From: Marsupella aquatica | Taxonomy: Eukaryota; Plantae; Marchantiophyta | Assembly (NCBI GenBank): GCA_973895155.1 | Contig: OZ316891.1 | Coordinates: 22,649,884 to 22,713,883, forward strand | Direction: 5' to 3' | DNA: 64,000 nucleotides | Made by a program: the position numbers and the translations under genes | In this document: piece after piece, positions 50,381 through 63,230 of the stretch | How positions within the stretch are numbered: the stretch's first letter is position 1 | How the letters are laid out: each line of letters begins with the position of its first letter | The notes under the pieces: model-generated | The model's input: the letters and a program-made list of their open reading frames with translations, nothing else | Told to the model about the DNA's origin: nothing | Databases searched by the model: none

Positions 50381-53300
50381 ATGTGTTCCCGTGGACGTAG
50401 CCTCATGTGGAGGTGAACCAGTATCTCTCTGTGTCGACTCTTGTGCGTTGGATGGTTCATGGGCTTGTCGTTGCGATTGTCGTCTATGCTCAACAAGTGG
50501 TATCAAAGCATGTCTAGGAGGTGACGAGGTTTTTTCGTGACGGGTTTTTCCAACGTTCATTGTCGATGATACTTTCGGAGTTTCGTCGCATGAAACTCAA
50601 ATGTGTGTGGCTGAGCGGATAAGTTAGTGAGAGGGCTCTCTAACGGTGGTTAGAACTCGCTGACCGGTATCCGTGGTGCGAAAGAATCAAAGTTTGCGTC
50701 GTTCAGGGTTTATTTATGTTCGACGGTTTTTCGGGGGAGAGACCAGAGATTGTTTTTTCAACAGAGTGAGTTGTGTGGTGTTCGGGAGATCGCACATTAT
50801 AGCTCAAGTTGAAGGTTGATGCGAGCTGGTCGTTTCAGTAGCTGAGTTGCTGCCGAGTTGTTACCGAGTGCATCGTGACAAGAGAAGGGGGAGTTCAGGG
50901 TTTTTCACAAGTTATGGAGCTTGTTCCCATCTGAACCGGGTTTCTCTTCGTGACGTCCGACTCAATGGAAGAAACGCGAAGTGCTAGGGCTCAATGGAGA
51001 GTTAATGACGAGGCGGTCGTTTTGTGTCCGGCATTGGCACTTGAGGCGGAGTGAATGTGACTCGACGGAAGTTTTGTCTCTGCTGAGCTTGCAGACTGTG
51101 CCGGTGCAATTCAACAACTTTTCCCGTCGGCGGTCATCATTTTTACTCATGGAATCGTCGGCGGCAAGGTGAGAAATAAAAACTTTCTTTTAAAGGTCAC
51201 TTTTGGATTTTTAAAGGGGTTACTTCACCCCTTATGTGTATACCCTGTCCCCTTCGCCAGTCGCCTTTGCGCCCCCATCGCTTCCATCGCGACCCCGCAC
51301 TTGCCCTCCGGCTCGCGCCCTGCCGGCCCTGCCCTCCCGTTCATGACCTGCCGGCCGCCCGTCGCCCCTCCCTCCTCATTTTTCATCGTACGCAGCCGCC
51401 CGTGTATCCCCTGGGCGTACCCCCGGCCATATGCCCTTCGTCCCCGACCCTTATACCATGTATTTTTTTGATAAGGGGCTTAGCACCCCCTTTAAGGGCC
51501 TATTTTTAACCATTTTTTCTTCCTCTTGTTCTCCCTTGTGCCGGGACCTGCCGCCCTCCATTTCAACCGCTTGGACAGGGGGAACAGCCCCCTGTGAGAC
51601 CTGTCGGACTGTGCAGGAATATTCCCAAAAAATAGAAAGCTATTTTTTGGCCGTCCGACAAAGATTCTGCACGTCGGACAGTAACTTTTTTGGTTCTTTT
51701 TCGACGCAGTGGTAGCCATTGGAGTTAGCAACGCGGCGCACCGAACACATTGCAATTCCGACGACGGGTTGTACTTGGCATTTTGGTTATTCCCTGAGGT
51801 GGTCAAAACAGGGGAGTTTCCCAAGGTTTTACCCACCCCGATCGAAATTTGAATAACTTTTTCGTCAAATTTTAATTTTGATTTCGGCTTTCAGTATTGG
51901 ACTCCTAGCTTTGTGGGCTACACGGCGGTGTTGAGTTTTGAGTTTTATGAGAAGTTTTGAAAAAATACATTTTTTTGTGATTTTCTCATATGAGTGACTC
52001 GAAGAATATTGGAAGAATTGGCGTCGATGGAGCTTCAGGATTGCGACAGTCAGACGGAGAGTCCGAGGAGGAGCTGCTACCGTTTGAGAAGAAACAAGTA
52101 TCACCGGTATGATCACCGGTGCGACGTGCAGTGGAGAAAGTTGTTCTACTACCAGAGTTGTCGGTAGTTGGAAAGAAGAGAGAGATGGCGAGATTTGGAG
52201 GAGTGAAGTTTGAGGTGGAGAAGTACGATGACCGTATTGATTACTTGCTCTGGGAGAAGCAAGTGAAGGGTGTTCTTCGGGCCATGGGCTTAGCTCATCT
52301 ACTCTCTTCGTGAGAGCAATATGATGGAGAATAGGAGATCTCAGAGAAGCAGTGAAGACATGAGCAGGTGATTGCTGTCAATGGAGTGATGCTTTATCTC
52401 AAGCTACACATCATCAAGAAGTTGGATGATTATGCGGATTGCACATCACTTTTCAAGGCCCTCAGAGAGAAGTACTATCGGGAAGATGCGTCAGACCGGC
52501 TGTACAAGAAGTCTCTCTTGATGAGCCTCAGGCTCAAGGAAGGGAGCAAGCTGCAGGATCACCTGGATGAGTTTGACAATTGCAAGAGAGGAAGCCTCTC
52601 GCATGTTGGAGATGTGGCAAGCTTGGCCACATGAAAAAGGATTGTCGAGTAAAGGACCCTTTTGCATCAGCTAACGCGGCATCGAGCGCACATGAGGTAG
52701 ATTTACTCGATGATGATGACATATTGTGATGCCAAAATTTTGCTCTCAACGTAGTGTCAAATCTAGGTAGTGATGATTGGATTCTAGATAGTGCATGTAC
52801 TTTTCACATTTGCTTTAGAAGAGATTTTTTCAGTTCTTACACGGATTTCAACGGTTCAGTGTTGATGGAAATGGAATCCCATGTCAAGTGGTTGGACTTG
52901 GATCTGTTAGATTTTAGATGTTTGATGGTGTTGTGAGAACGTTGAGGAATGTGAGATATATTCCCAACATGATGAAAAATCTCATTTCAATTGGATTTTT
53001 AGAAGCAAATGGCCATCGGTAGAGTTCTGCTAATAATGTCCTTCAGGTTTCAACTGATACTAAAGTTGTATTGAAGAGAAAGAGACATAAAAATCTATAT
53101 GTTTTGGAGGGCAATGTAGTCTGTGATGAAGCCAATATAACCTTATCTCATGAGGAGACGGCCCGACTGTGACACTTCTGTTTGGGCCACATGAGTGAAA
53201 AAGGTTTGGTTATTCTTAAAAAAAAAGATTACTTTCTAGTTTGCAATCTTGTAAGTTGAAATTTTGTGAGCATTGTGTGCTTGGGCTAACTCGGGTTAGG

Positions 53301-53578
53301 ACTTAGCTCATGTTAGTTGTAGTGTTGTTGTGTATATTGCCAGGGCTGGTGCCAGCCCCGGGTGGACTAAGGCTCATTGTTACAGAGCTAGTTGAGAGAT
53401 AGGGAGAGCTTGCGCTGTGGTGCTTGGTATGGCCGATTGGCCTAGAGTGTAGTAAAGCTCTTATGTGTTCCCGTGAACGTAGCCTCATGTGGAGGTGAAT
53501 CACGTATCTCTCTGTGTCGACTCTTGTGCGTTGGATGGTTCATGGGCTTGTCGTTGCGATTGTCGTCTATGCTCAACA
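50381..53578 (+). mobile_element. Internally deleted, degenerate Ty1/copia LTR retrotransposon
   Basis: LTR-end direct repeats at 50381-50495 and 53463-53578, both ending ...ctcaaca. tRNA-iMet PBS-like tggtatcaaagc at 50498-50509. Gag MARFGGVKFEVEKYD at 52185, zinc knuckle CWRCGKLGHMKKDC, protease WILDSACTFH and pre-integrase H..LGHMSEKGL...CEHCV. No IN, RT or RH; many stops. Confidence 0.9.
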
Positions 53579-54389
53579 TGCAGGGCACAGTTGCAAGTAG
53601 GGACGGGAGAAAACACAGAAGGTCCTCCCCACTCACAAAATCTCGACACTTTTGGCCCTCATTGTTACTCAGGAAAACACAAATGAGAAGGGGTCAGAGT
53701 GGGTTAAGGCTAGCCACTAGTAACTTGCCACATGGTAACAGGAACCGGAATAGGAGTTATCACTAAGACAATATGAAACCCAATATGAAATGGAGGCGAG
53801 TTGATAATTAATTTTTGTTTGGGTGGCACTTTAGTAATATGGGGTCGTTTGGGGTACAGGTTAGCAATAAATAACTTGAAAGAAGAAAACCTGTAATAAT
53901 AACCTGAAAGAGGAAACCTACTCACAAATACCCTGATTTCCGCCCTGGAGCTGAACTCCCGCCAGGGTTTGGGGTTTATCCAATTCAGCGTACTCCTTAC
54001 TTTTCTTCTCCCAGAAGACGGATCTCATCACTTCATCATGACCTTCAGCATACGAAATGTTGGTTTCGGTAATGAAGGGGCGATTCGATTAAACGATTTC
54101 GGAGTGTGCGATTTTACTTCGAGTGATATATGGTATTTGATGGAAGGCATTCTTTCTTGGCTTCAAGAGTGAGGTCTCGGGAGTAGAGGGGATTCATGAT
54201 CACTTTTTTGCGCAATTCTCGAACCTGGCGAGATTGAGGCATGATCGGGACGAAGATTACAGTAATGCCTCAATTACAATGCTCATTTCTTGTCTATCGA
54301 GAAACATTCGCCTCTTTGTGACGACTGCAGGGGTGCAACGAAGAAGAGGAGGTGGAGGAGTGGCACCGAGGAATGCAGTAGTGGTGATC

Positions 54390-57300
54390 ATGGTGGACGG
54401 GCTGTTGAAGCTAGAATATGCGAAGTCTGCAAGAGCGGCTTGTCCCCTTTGCGGCTCCACTATTGCTAAGGGCGATGTGCGGGTTGGTCGGCAAAAGATG
54501 GTTAACGGATGGCCACAGGTCAAATGGTACGTTGAGTCTGGTTTTTTTTTTCAGATTTTGAAGAGGGATCGGATGAGAGAGAGGGAAGATGTTTCCCAGA
54601 ATTCCCTGTCTACGTTCGTCTGATGGTGCAATTTGCCATAAAGGCATTGTGTAGTGTTTCCGAAAGGGGCTTTTCCTCTGCTTCCATTACTGCGAATGAA
54701 TATTGAGTTGACTTTTAAGGAGGGCTCGAATGAGATGTTAAGCCGTACAGTCCTGTCTGTGTTCATCTGATAATTCAAAGCACGATGAAGCATTGTCTCT
54801 TATTGTCGAGAGGCAGGTTTCTTCCGCTTACATGATTGACCATATTTGCAAAATTGACTTATATCGTCTCTATCTCTCTGTCAACTGAATTCTAACGTCA
54901 TTTGGGAGATTCCAACTGATACTGCAATTTGCCATAAAGCGTTTCATGGTAATTTCCGACAGGGACTTATTTGGGAGGTTCCTGTGCCGACTTAGACCCT
55001 AGGGCTGAAACCTTGAAATAGGTTGTCCCTATGATCTTTCTCTGACTGCACTGAATATGATATTTTCCACAAACCCAGAAACTCTGAGAAATTGTTTGTA
55101 GGTTCATGTAATATAGAAACTGATTTTACTTCTTTCAATGTAGGCATCATCCAAATTGTTTTGGTGAGCATCATCCCGAGGCCGATATGGCTCAGGCAGC
55201 TGGCTTCCTTTCGTTGAAGGTAGTAGCTTCTAACCTTCCACCTGCAGTTCAATTGGGTTGAAAGAGAATTTCTACCAAACCTCAAAATAATTAGATTTGG
55301 TACAGTGTCTAACTCCGCTGCGAAATGCCTGGGATTCAAACTTTGGCCTGATCAGATCTCTTAACCTGCCTTCCGCAACCGGATGCAGACCGCTGACCAG
55401 AAGGCTTTGAAAAGCGTCGGAGACAAATCTCGGAAGGACAGCGAGAATTACCCATCAACAATTCATACCATATCAAGAGGAGGGGTATGCTAGAATACCA
55501 TTGGAGGATTATGAATTTTTTGTGTGAACTAAATTGAAATGCTGTTGAGGAACGACTTCGGTGTTCATGGTTGGTGCGCGACTTTGTTTTTTTAAATGGT
55601 CATGTGGGCTGATCTGTGCAGGTTGTGGTAAAAAGTTCGGCAGGGCTGACAGGTCTTGCTAGCTTTGATCCTTCAAAAATATTGAAATCATATAAAGTAA
55701 TGCTTGACACCAATTTAAAATTTTCCGGATGATTGCTGTTCATTTGGCTTTTTCAAGGTAGTGGCACATTCGGTCGTTGCAACTCCTCAATTGATGTCAC
55801 TGTTAGGGAAGCTTCAGGAAGTGTCATGTTTTGTGGCCATTGCACTTTGATGCAGGACATACCTTTACCTGAGGGCTGGACGTCGTTTTCGACGCTCATT
55901 TTCAAAGCGGTAAGCTGAGTCTAGTCTGGTTTTTATACCCAAAGCTGGCAATAGAATTTCTTTGCCAGGTGGCTTCAGGACTCCTATCTTTTCTTCACTC
56001 CTGCTTTTGCCCTGAGAAACGTTTTGGGTTTGTTGTCTCGATTGTAAGTCCTCCGGTTTAGGGGTCACTGATGTGCTTAGCAATTGAAATTTTCCCCCAT
56101 TCGTAAGGTTTCTCATAGGCTTGTTACTAACCACCAATCCAGGGTGGGTGGATGGCCATACTCAGGCGGACAATGCGGAGCCTTCCGAGAAGATTGCAGC
56201 ATTTGACTTCGATGGTACTCTGGTTGACACCAGCGTTTTCAGGTTCACACTTCACTCTTTCCTCATCATTTGCGAGTACTGAATAAGTACACGCAAGTGG
56301 AAACATGTCGCTTGCAAACATGAGAGTCTCAAAATTGCTTGAAGCATGACTTCTTTTGAGAAATTTGAGTTGGGTATTCGGACATTAGTGGTAAATGTTG
56401 CCTTCTGGGTTTTTTATGTAAATACTTTGGATCCTGTGGCGAAAGGTGACTGGTTTCATTTCGTTAGCAATTTCGTTTCGGAGACATTATGCAACATCAT
56501 TATGATGGGAATCCTCAATCAAATTGGCGTCTAATTACCCAAGGCGTGGTTGGCATATCAGGCAAGGTGCCGATGCCTGGTCTTTGCTTCATGATTGCAT
56601 CCCAACGAGACTTACATCGTACTACAACCAAGGTTACAAACTGGTACGCACCTTTAAACCATTCACTTTGGGATGTTTTCGAAATTTCAAGATATGGTTT
56701 TTTCTGTAGGGATTGTTACAAAAAAAGTGAATCAGTAGTAAATCTCCTCTAACGATTTTCATTTTGAGGATCATTTGTCCCTGCATAGGTAATTTTCACA
56801 AATGAGTCGAATATTGATCGGTTTACCAAGGCACGTGCTAAAGCGATTGACAGCAAGCTAGGCCGTTTGAAGGGTTTCATGCAAGCTGTGACAGTACCGA
56901 TGCAGGTGAGATCTTTTAGTGAGAACAGGCTTTCGATCCTCATGGAGACCCTCGTAGAAGTTAATATTTGGATTTTTTGGAATTGAATTCCGGGTCACAA
57001 CAAGTTTATCGCTCGTTCAGCCGGTGTGCCAGTTGGCAGCCTGCTGAGCCTGCTCAAACTCTAATATGCTATATCATCTAAGCTTTTTCGAATTTTGATA
57101 TACCTCTTGCCATTCTGAAAATGAGGTGACATTGCAGGTTTTCATCGCTTGCGGAAAATCAGGTTCCAATGATGTATTTCGGAAGCCTGCTACTGGCATG
57201 TGGTACTTCCTAGAAAACTACCTAAACGCTGGAATGCCTATTGACAAGGAGAGGTAATTATACCTTTTTACGACTCTGTTCTCCTTTTTCCTTAGAGTTT

Positions 57301-57782
57301 CTAAAGGTTTATTAAGTCCATTTTTATCCGAGCATGCGCATTAATTCTAGTATGACATTCAGACCTTTGATTGTCCTCATGTACAGGTCATTTTATGTTG
57401 GAGACGCTGCCGGGAGAAGGAACGACCATAGTGATGCAGATATTGCATTTGCTAAGGTAAGAAAAGGCCAAGATACCTTTGGCATGGTTTGAAAGCATGT
57501 CAACGCTGTGAGAAGGTGTTTGGGTTTCAATAACCTGATCCATGACAACGATCTATCCTGGCTGTGATGTAGGTGTTGGGATTGAAATTCCTACTTCCAG
57601 AGGACGTATTTATGCCAGAGTCAGATGCCAGCGGAGGAGACACAGCTCGAAGAGACCGGGGAAAAGACAAAGGCAAAGGCAAAGAGAGCAGTGGTTCCCC
57701 AAGTGATCGTCCCACTGATGTCGGTCCAGGATCCAATCTCTGTCCAGAAACCCTCAATCATAGCCCTCCTGGAACCCCTTAA
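54390..57782 (+). CDS. ZDP: Polynucleotide 3'-phosphatase ZDP (PARP-type zinc finger plus HAD phosphatase), multi-exon
   Basis: EYAKSARAACPLC...WHHPNCF (zf-PARP); KIAAFDFDGTL; VIFTNESNIDR; FRKPATGMW; SFYVGDAAGRRNDHSDADIAFAK; GT-AG introns; stop at 57780-57782. Confidence 0.92.
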
Positions 57783-58872
57783 AAGGGATTAAGCTTTTCT
57801 TTTTCCGTTTTCTAACCTTCCTGTGAACAAGTGCACTTTTGAACGACCGGCCAAAACCTCGGGCTTGGGCAAGAGATTTGAACGCAGGACACGGGATTTC
57901 AGTATTTTCAGCTGACTTCAATGTTTTTACTCCAAAAGTTTACCCCGATGTGGGCAGTCTTAGATTCCCCATTGAAGAGATGTTTATCGATGTAGATCGT
58001 TATCATTAAGTGCACTTCACAATACTAGATTGAGTATGTATCTCACTTCGAGAAGTTTTCGAATGAAAAAGAGCAACTTTGGATGTTACTTTACGTACAC
58101 GTCCAGGTGCGCACCAATTTTCTCGATTAATGCAATCATTTGGGCAAATTTCATTTATTGGTAATGGGAAAGCCAATGCAAATTGCATTCATGAGTATTG
58201 AAATTTCTACTGCAAACTGCAGTAACCTATCGTGTGCACTACTCAGTGTACAAATGCTGGGTGAACTTGGCAGTTTCACTTGCCGAGCTTTGCCAACGGC
58301 AATCCATGAAACTATTGTCAGAAATAGCAACCAACAAGAACACTGTTTCTCACACCGCATGAAGCCCACTACATAGAAAGGAAAATAGCAGCTAACAAGG
58401 ACACTGATTCTCACATCCGGTGGAGCCCACAACAAAGAGAAGGCCAACAAGCAACTACCAAGAACACTCATTCTTATACCCACCGAGCACACACCAATGA
58501 AAAGAGTGGGTTAAAGTCAAAGCGGGAAAGGTACGTAAGCATTTCCCCTTCTAATCACATATTGGTCTTTCCTTGGAAATCACACATTGGTGTTTATGGT
58601 CTGCATTAAGATTCTCTCAGATTCTCATTAATTTAAAAAAATTATGAATGACGAATGTGGTATTCGATTCTGTAACAACTAATCTAGATTCTACACTTTC
58701 TAAAATTCTACTTTATACAGACACGCAGGATGAGGTTCCCGTGGATCAATTGTCAATGTTGGCAGCATTTGACCCTAGTCCTAATCCGAAAATTTTGGGA
58801 TCCGAAGTTTGTTAGGTGTGTATACAATGCGCATACACCTGCCGTATCACTCGGATGAATGTGACACCCATA

Positions 58873-59943
58873 TTATGTGATTGTGATTGTCGATAACGTA
58901 TGATTTGAGAACGAAGTTCTGTGATCAGAGCACAGGGATCCATGGCGGCCGCTACTATTTCTCTTTTCCAAGACTTTGGCAGCGGCGAAATTGGGATTGG
59001 GACTAACAGCAGCACTGCCAGATCTGCCCCATGAAACGCTCAACTTCGAGGCTGAAGCAAGACTCTCTTCACTATCTGAATTATCAACTTTGTTGCGCTG
59101 AGAGTTCTCATCACTCCTGTCTACCACAAACTCCAGTCCTGTGTTTGGATCAATTATGGGCGGCTGCTTCACAACAGCTTTGAGGCTCTGACGCTCTTGA
59201 ATTTCCCGAGCAGAAATATCCTCGAAACTGAGATCAAACCACTCGTCAATGTAGCCGAAAGCGTTGCGATGCGTGAGGAGCACAATCTGCCGAATGCCAT
59301 TCAGCATGAGCTTTTCTGCACGATTCTGCACACCCCAATAGTTGGCCTCCACTTTCACCAGCTTGTAAGCGCACATCAGAGGAACACCGGTAGAACTAGA
59401 ATTCTTCTTCGTCTGCCATCCACTCCTAAGTGGGCCTCGCCCACTCTTCTTGGAGCTGACCAGGAGAGGATCCAGCTTCGCCTGGTAGTCTCTCTTCTGA
59501 CCCTTCTCAAGAGCAATGTCGAGCATATCCACTTTCCGGATTGCCAAGTCAGACTCACTCAATCCATGCACATTCTCTGAGGACCCATCATCATCCACAT
59601 GCAAAGTGGTCATCTCAATTTTCAACTTGTGGAAGAAAGGCACTGTGAGCACAGAGCGGCAGTAGGGGTACGTAATCCATGACTTCTCGTTGATGACAAG
59701 TGCATTTGCTGGGACCAGCTTCGTCACCCAGTCCGGCAGGCGATCCCCCAACCGATACAGGTTGTAAGTGAACACCCCTTCTCCCCACACGTCATCCACG
59801 TACGGGGCACTGGAAAGCAGCTGCCCTCCCTGGCCTTCAGTAGTGTTGGACTCGTTGGTCTTCCAATTCGCGTAGCGCTGTCCTCTCCTAAACTCCTCCA
59901 CTGTCATGGGCAGCGGCACCCGCATCTCTGTGATGTGCACCAT
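58873..59943 (-). CDS. START-like phosphatidylinositol transfer protein (IP_trans family), intronless, 356 aa
   Basis: MVHITEMRVPLPMTVEEFRRGQ, YRLGDRLPDWV, INEKSWITYPYCRS, ENVHGLS, SKKSGRGPL, MCAYKLVKV and HRNAFGYIDEWFDLSFEDI are hallmark PITP-alpha/beta/RdgB segments. Confidence 0.9.
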   Translation of the reverse strand: MVHITEMRVPLPMTVEEFRRGQRYANWKTNESNTTEGQGGQLLSSAPYVDDVWGEGVFTYNLYRLGDRLPDWVTKLVPANALVINEKSWITYPYCRSVLTVPFFHKLKIEMTTLHVDDDGSSENVHGLSESDLAIRKVDMLDIALEKGQKRDYQAKLDPLLVSSKKSGRGPLRSGWQTKKNSSSTGVPLMCAYKLVKVEANYWGVQNRAEKLMLNGIRQIVLLTHRNAFGYIDEWFDLSFEDISAREIQERQSLKAVVKQPPIIDPNTGLEFVVDRSDENSQRNKVDNSDSEESLASASKLSVSWGRSGSAAVSPNPNFAAAKVLEKRNSSGRHGSLCSDHRTSFSNHTLSTITIT

Positions 59944-61044
59944 TTTCTAACTTCGTCGGTTTCGATTCTTCTTTCGCTGGCCAATCAATTTCAATCGACG
60001 TTTTAGTGATGGAACACAACCTCTTCCGTATTCTACTCTATGAAGGAATGCAACCTCTTCAGTATACGAGCTCTGAATGAACACCAAATGTTTGATCAAT
60101 TTCGATCGACGCAGTGAAGAAACACAATTCAACCCCTTGAGTATTCTACTCTATGAAGTCCGAACACAACCTCTTTAATGTATATCCTCTGAAGGAACGC
60201 TAACTCATTTATGTTGTATGGTCGGAGCTCCACGTCTTTAAGTAGTGTCTGCAAAGGCAGTCAAGTGGTTACCTTCTCCTCAAAAAAGTATCACCTACCT
60301 TGAATTTCGACGAATTCACCATCGAGACCTACCTCCAAGAATTTCAGTTATTAGTGCGGGGAAGATCAATTCCCGTCCACAGCTTCTTCGATCACGCGTT
60401 CTTCGTTCCGAAGCTCAATTTCCAGGAGCCATCCACGCCGCCCTCCGAACAGGACCAATGATGCAATTTATGACGTCGGAGGGAACGGAAGACGACTTCT
60501 AATCTAACTTAACAGGTCCATTTAGAGTACGTCGGCTGGTGATTCGTTTCCTGTCCGATCCTTCATGCACGCGGACTCGAGGTCTTTGTCCTGCCTGTGT
60601 CCCTTCCCGGAGCTTCTGGCTAAATGTCAATGGCGCTTTTCGATCCTCCAAAGGAAATTGACGAGCGGGGTGATGAATATCTGAATCTGATGTCGAGAAG
60701 GGAATTGATGACAGTCGCAGCACACAGGAAGCGACGTAGGACTTTCCAGTGACTTGCTGAATCTGATGTCGAGAAGGGAATAATCGATTATAGTAGGTGA
60801 AACCCGCAGCACACAGGAAGCGACGGACTTTTTCCGGGGACATGATGAATGTACCTTCACAATGTGGGGTTCCGCTCTCGCACAAAAATGACAGCAGAAA
60901 AATCTGTGAGGAACATCTGGTACGTAAAGGCCTGCTGCAAGGGAAACCCATAAATTTAGGAACAAGTATTTTACAACTCGTGACTTTTACCTATTTTTTA
61001 ATTTTTTTTGTCTTCAATCCAAATGGGGACGAACACTTTGTAGT

Positions 61045-61730
61045 CCCTCCCCACCCCAATAGTGACACTTTGTTTCCCCCAACAGTGACACTTTGTTTCC
61101 CCCAACAGTGACACTTTGTTTGTAGGGAACTCATTTCAGGGTGAGCCCGCCCTTGTCCCCACACCCCAATAGTGACACTTTCTTTGTAGGGCCTCCACTA
61201 CTTCCACCAGGAGGGAGAGAGCATGAAAGCAGGGCCACAAAGTGTACAGGAACCGCACCAGGAGGGAGAGCATATAAAGCAGGGCCACAAAGTGTACATC
61301 TGACAGGGACCCACACTAGGAGGGAGAGAGGATTAAAGCAGGGTAATTGTAACATGCGAGCAAACAGTAAAAAATTTCCTCACACGAGCAAAAGAAATTC
61401 TTGCATGACCCCTATTTTTGTACATCCAACTGCCTAGTTATCAACTACCTGGTTGATAACAGCCCTTTTGGGGACTCCCTTTTTTGCTAGTGAGCTCGCT
61501 AGCCATCTGGAGTCTTTAAAAAAACACAAAATATATAAATGGCACCAAAAAGCAAATGAAATTTGAAACCATCACTAATAACATTTCCTTGCTATCAAAA
61601 TCTCCTGTTTGGTCGCAACATAGAATACCTCATTAAAGCAGGGCCACAAAGTGTACATATATCCGACAAGGATCCGCACCAGGAAGGAGAGAGGATTAAA
61701 GCAGGGCCACAAACTGTGCAACCAGGGGCC
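61045..61730. repeat. Short tandem/dispersed repeats (22-23 bp and ~55 bp units)
   Basis: cccc(c)aa(c/t)agtgacactttgttt x3-4; ccaggagggagag...aaagcagggccacaaagtgtaca x4-5. Confidence 0.75.
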
Positions 61731-61769
61731 AAGTAGATAATAGAATTCCCATTCACTACCCACAAAACA

Positions 61770-61870
61770 CATCCCGCCCACACTCATGTGTGCGGTGGGG
61801 GCATTGAACTTGGGACCTTGCAGTTCCAGCCTCATCCCCTAGCCAACTGACCTAAGCCAGTTGGTTTCTT
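61770..61870 (-). mobile_element. tRNA-derived SINE-like repeat, copy 2
   Basis: The minus strand reads aagaaaccaacTGGCTTAGGTCAGTTGGctaggggatgaggctggaactgcaaggtcccaaGTTCAATGCcccc, with A-box/B-box-like spacing; homologous to 9089-9180. Confidence 0.6.
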
Positions 61871-62239
61871 TACCTATCTTCTAGGTGACTTTACTCTCAT
61901 GCTTTTCCTTAGTGCGGAAGGGGTTGGTTTTTGGGGCATATCTACATTCACCACAAGTAGTCTTGGTAATACTATTTTTTTAGGGCCTACTTTTCTATTA
62001 ACATTACTAATTTTAATTTATGAACTGACACTAATATAGTACACATTAAACATTATTGAATGTATTTAAACAAGAAGGCCATCAATAAACCAATAAGAAG
62101 CCTTTTCTTTGTTCTTCCTTGATTGAGTATTTTGTTTGAGACACCATTTCCACCTGTTGAGGGCCTTTTGTATTTTAGCAATTTGAATTTTACCATTTAA
62201 TTTGTTCTACTTTGCCGGCTTGAGTTCTACAACTTCTTA

Positions 62240-62510
62240 TCTTAGGGGCCTCAATATAAGGGGTGTCCCATACCACACGCAAAGTTTTGGGGAAATGAAC
62301 ACCTAAAACTTAGGTGAATAAAGTTTTTTTGAGTAATTGTTTTATCCCTAACTTAATGGAATATTTTTGGAATATTCTCAAGTTTGGTTTTAAAACACCC
62401 GAATCATGTTTGTCACCAAAAATTGAAAAGTCTTTCACTAAACCCAATAAAAAAACCCTATACTTATTTGCGCATGATGGGTTGGAAGAAAAGAAGTGAG
62501 GACCCCGGGC
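62240..62510 (-). repeat. Second copy of the ~300-bp MITE-like repeat at 49423-49720
   Basis: Reverse-complement similarity across the whole length. Confidence 0.8.
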
Positions 62511-63074
62511 TTCTTACAGAGAGTGAGTTTCTTGAGCTCCTCTTTGCTTCACCTGCTAGTTCATCCTATTAATAGGATAATGGTTAGGGTTTCTAGCCTA
62601 TAACCCTGTGATCAGAAAATAGCAACCCTGATTTAATTGTCGCTCCCTCATGGTGCAGGTCCCTGTCGGATCCGTGGGGGCTCACCCTGAAATGGGTTCC
62701 CTAGAATGAATGTTGTCACTATTGGGGTGGGGAGAGACTATTAAGTGTTCTTCCTCATTTCCATACAAGACCAAAAAGGACTTGTAGACTTTTACAAACC
62801 ACAGTAGTCCCGTAAGTTTATATTTATAAATGACTTGAAGATTTAATTTGTTGTTTGTTGTTGTCCCTCATTGCTAGAAACATCTTACTACTATACATAG
62901 AATCAAATTACAGAGAGGGTGCCATGATGTCACCTTCCAAAAGTTAAGTAAGGCAATATATAGTGAGGAAGTCTCAAGGCTCGGAGTTTAGTTGGGAGTT
63001 TAATGGACCTTAACTCTGAAGTTATGGGTTAGATACATTCAAAGTTACGGACAAAAAGTTACGAATAACCAAAT

Positions 63075-63230
63075 TCAGAGTCCATAACATTTGTCATATG
63101 CCATGACCATTAGTCATGAAAGAGGCTAGTGAAAAAAAACCTTTAGCAAAATCTTGTGAGAAAGTTATGACCATTCCTTTATAGCCAAAAGCCATAGTCC
63201 GTAACTTCGAAGCTTTGAGATGCCCCAGTC
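63075..63230 (+). repeat. Dispersed repeat related to 13770-13955
   Basis: Collinear shared motifs, as listed for 13770-13955. Confidence 0.55.

Noticed and set aside
61770-61870. Possible tRNA gene
   Set aside because: A/B-box-like motifs are present but there is no convincing acceptor or anticodon stem; treated as SINE-like.
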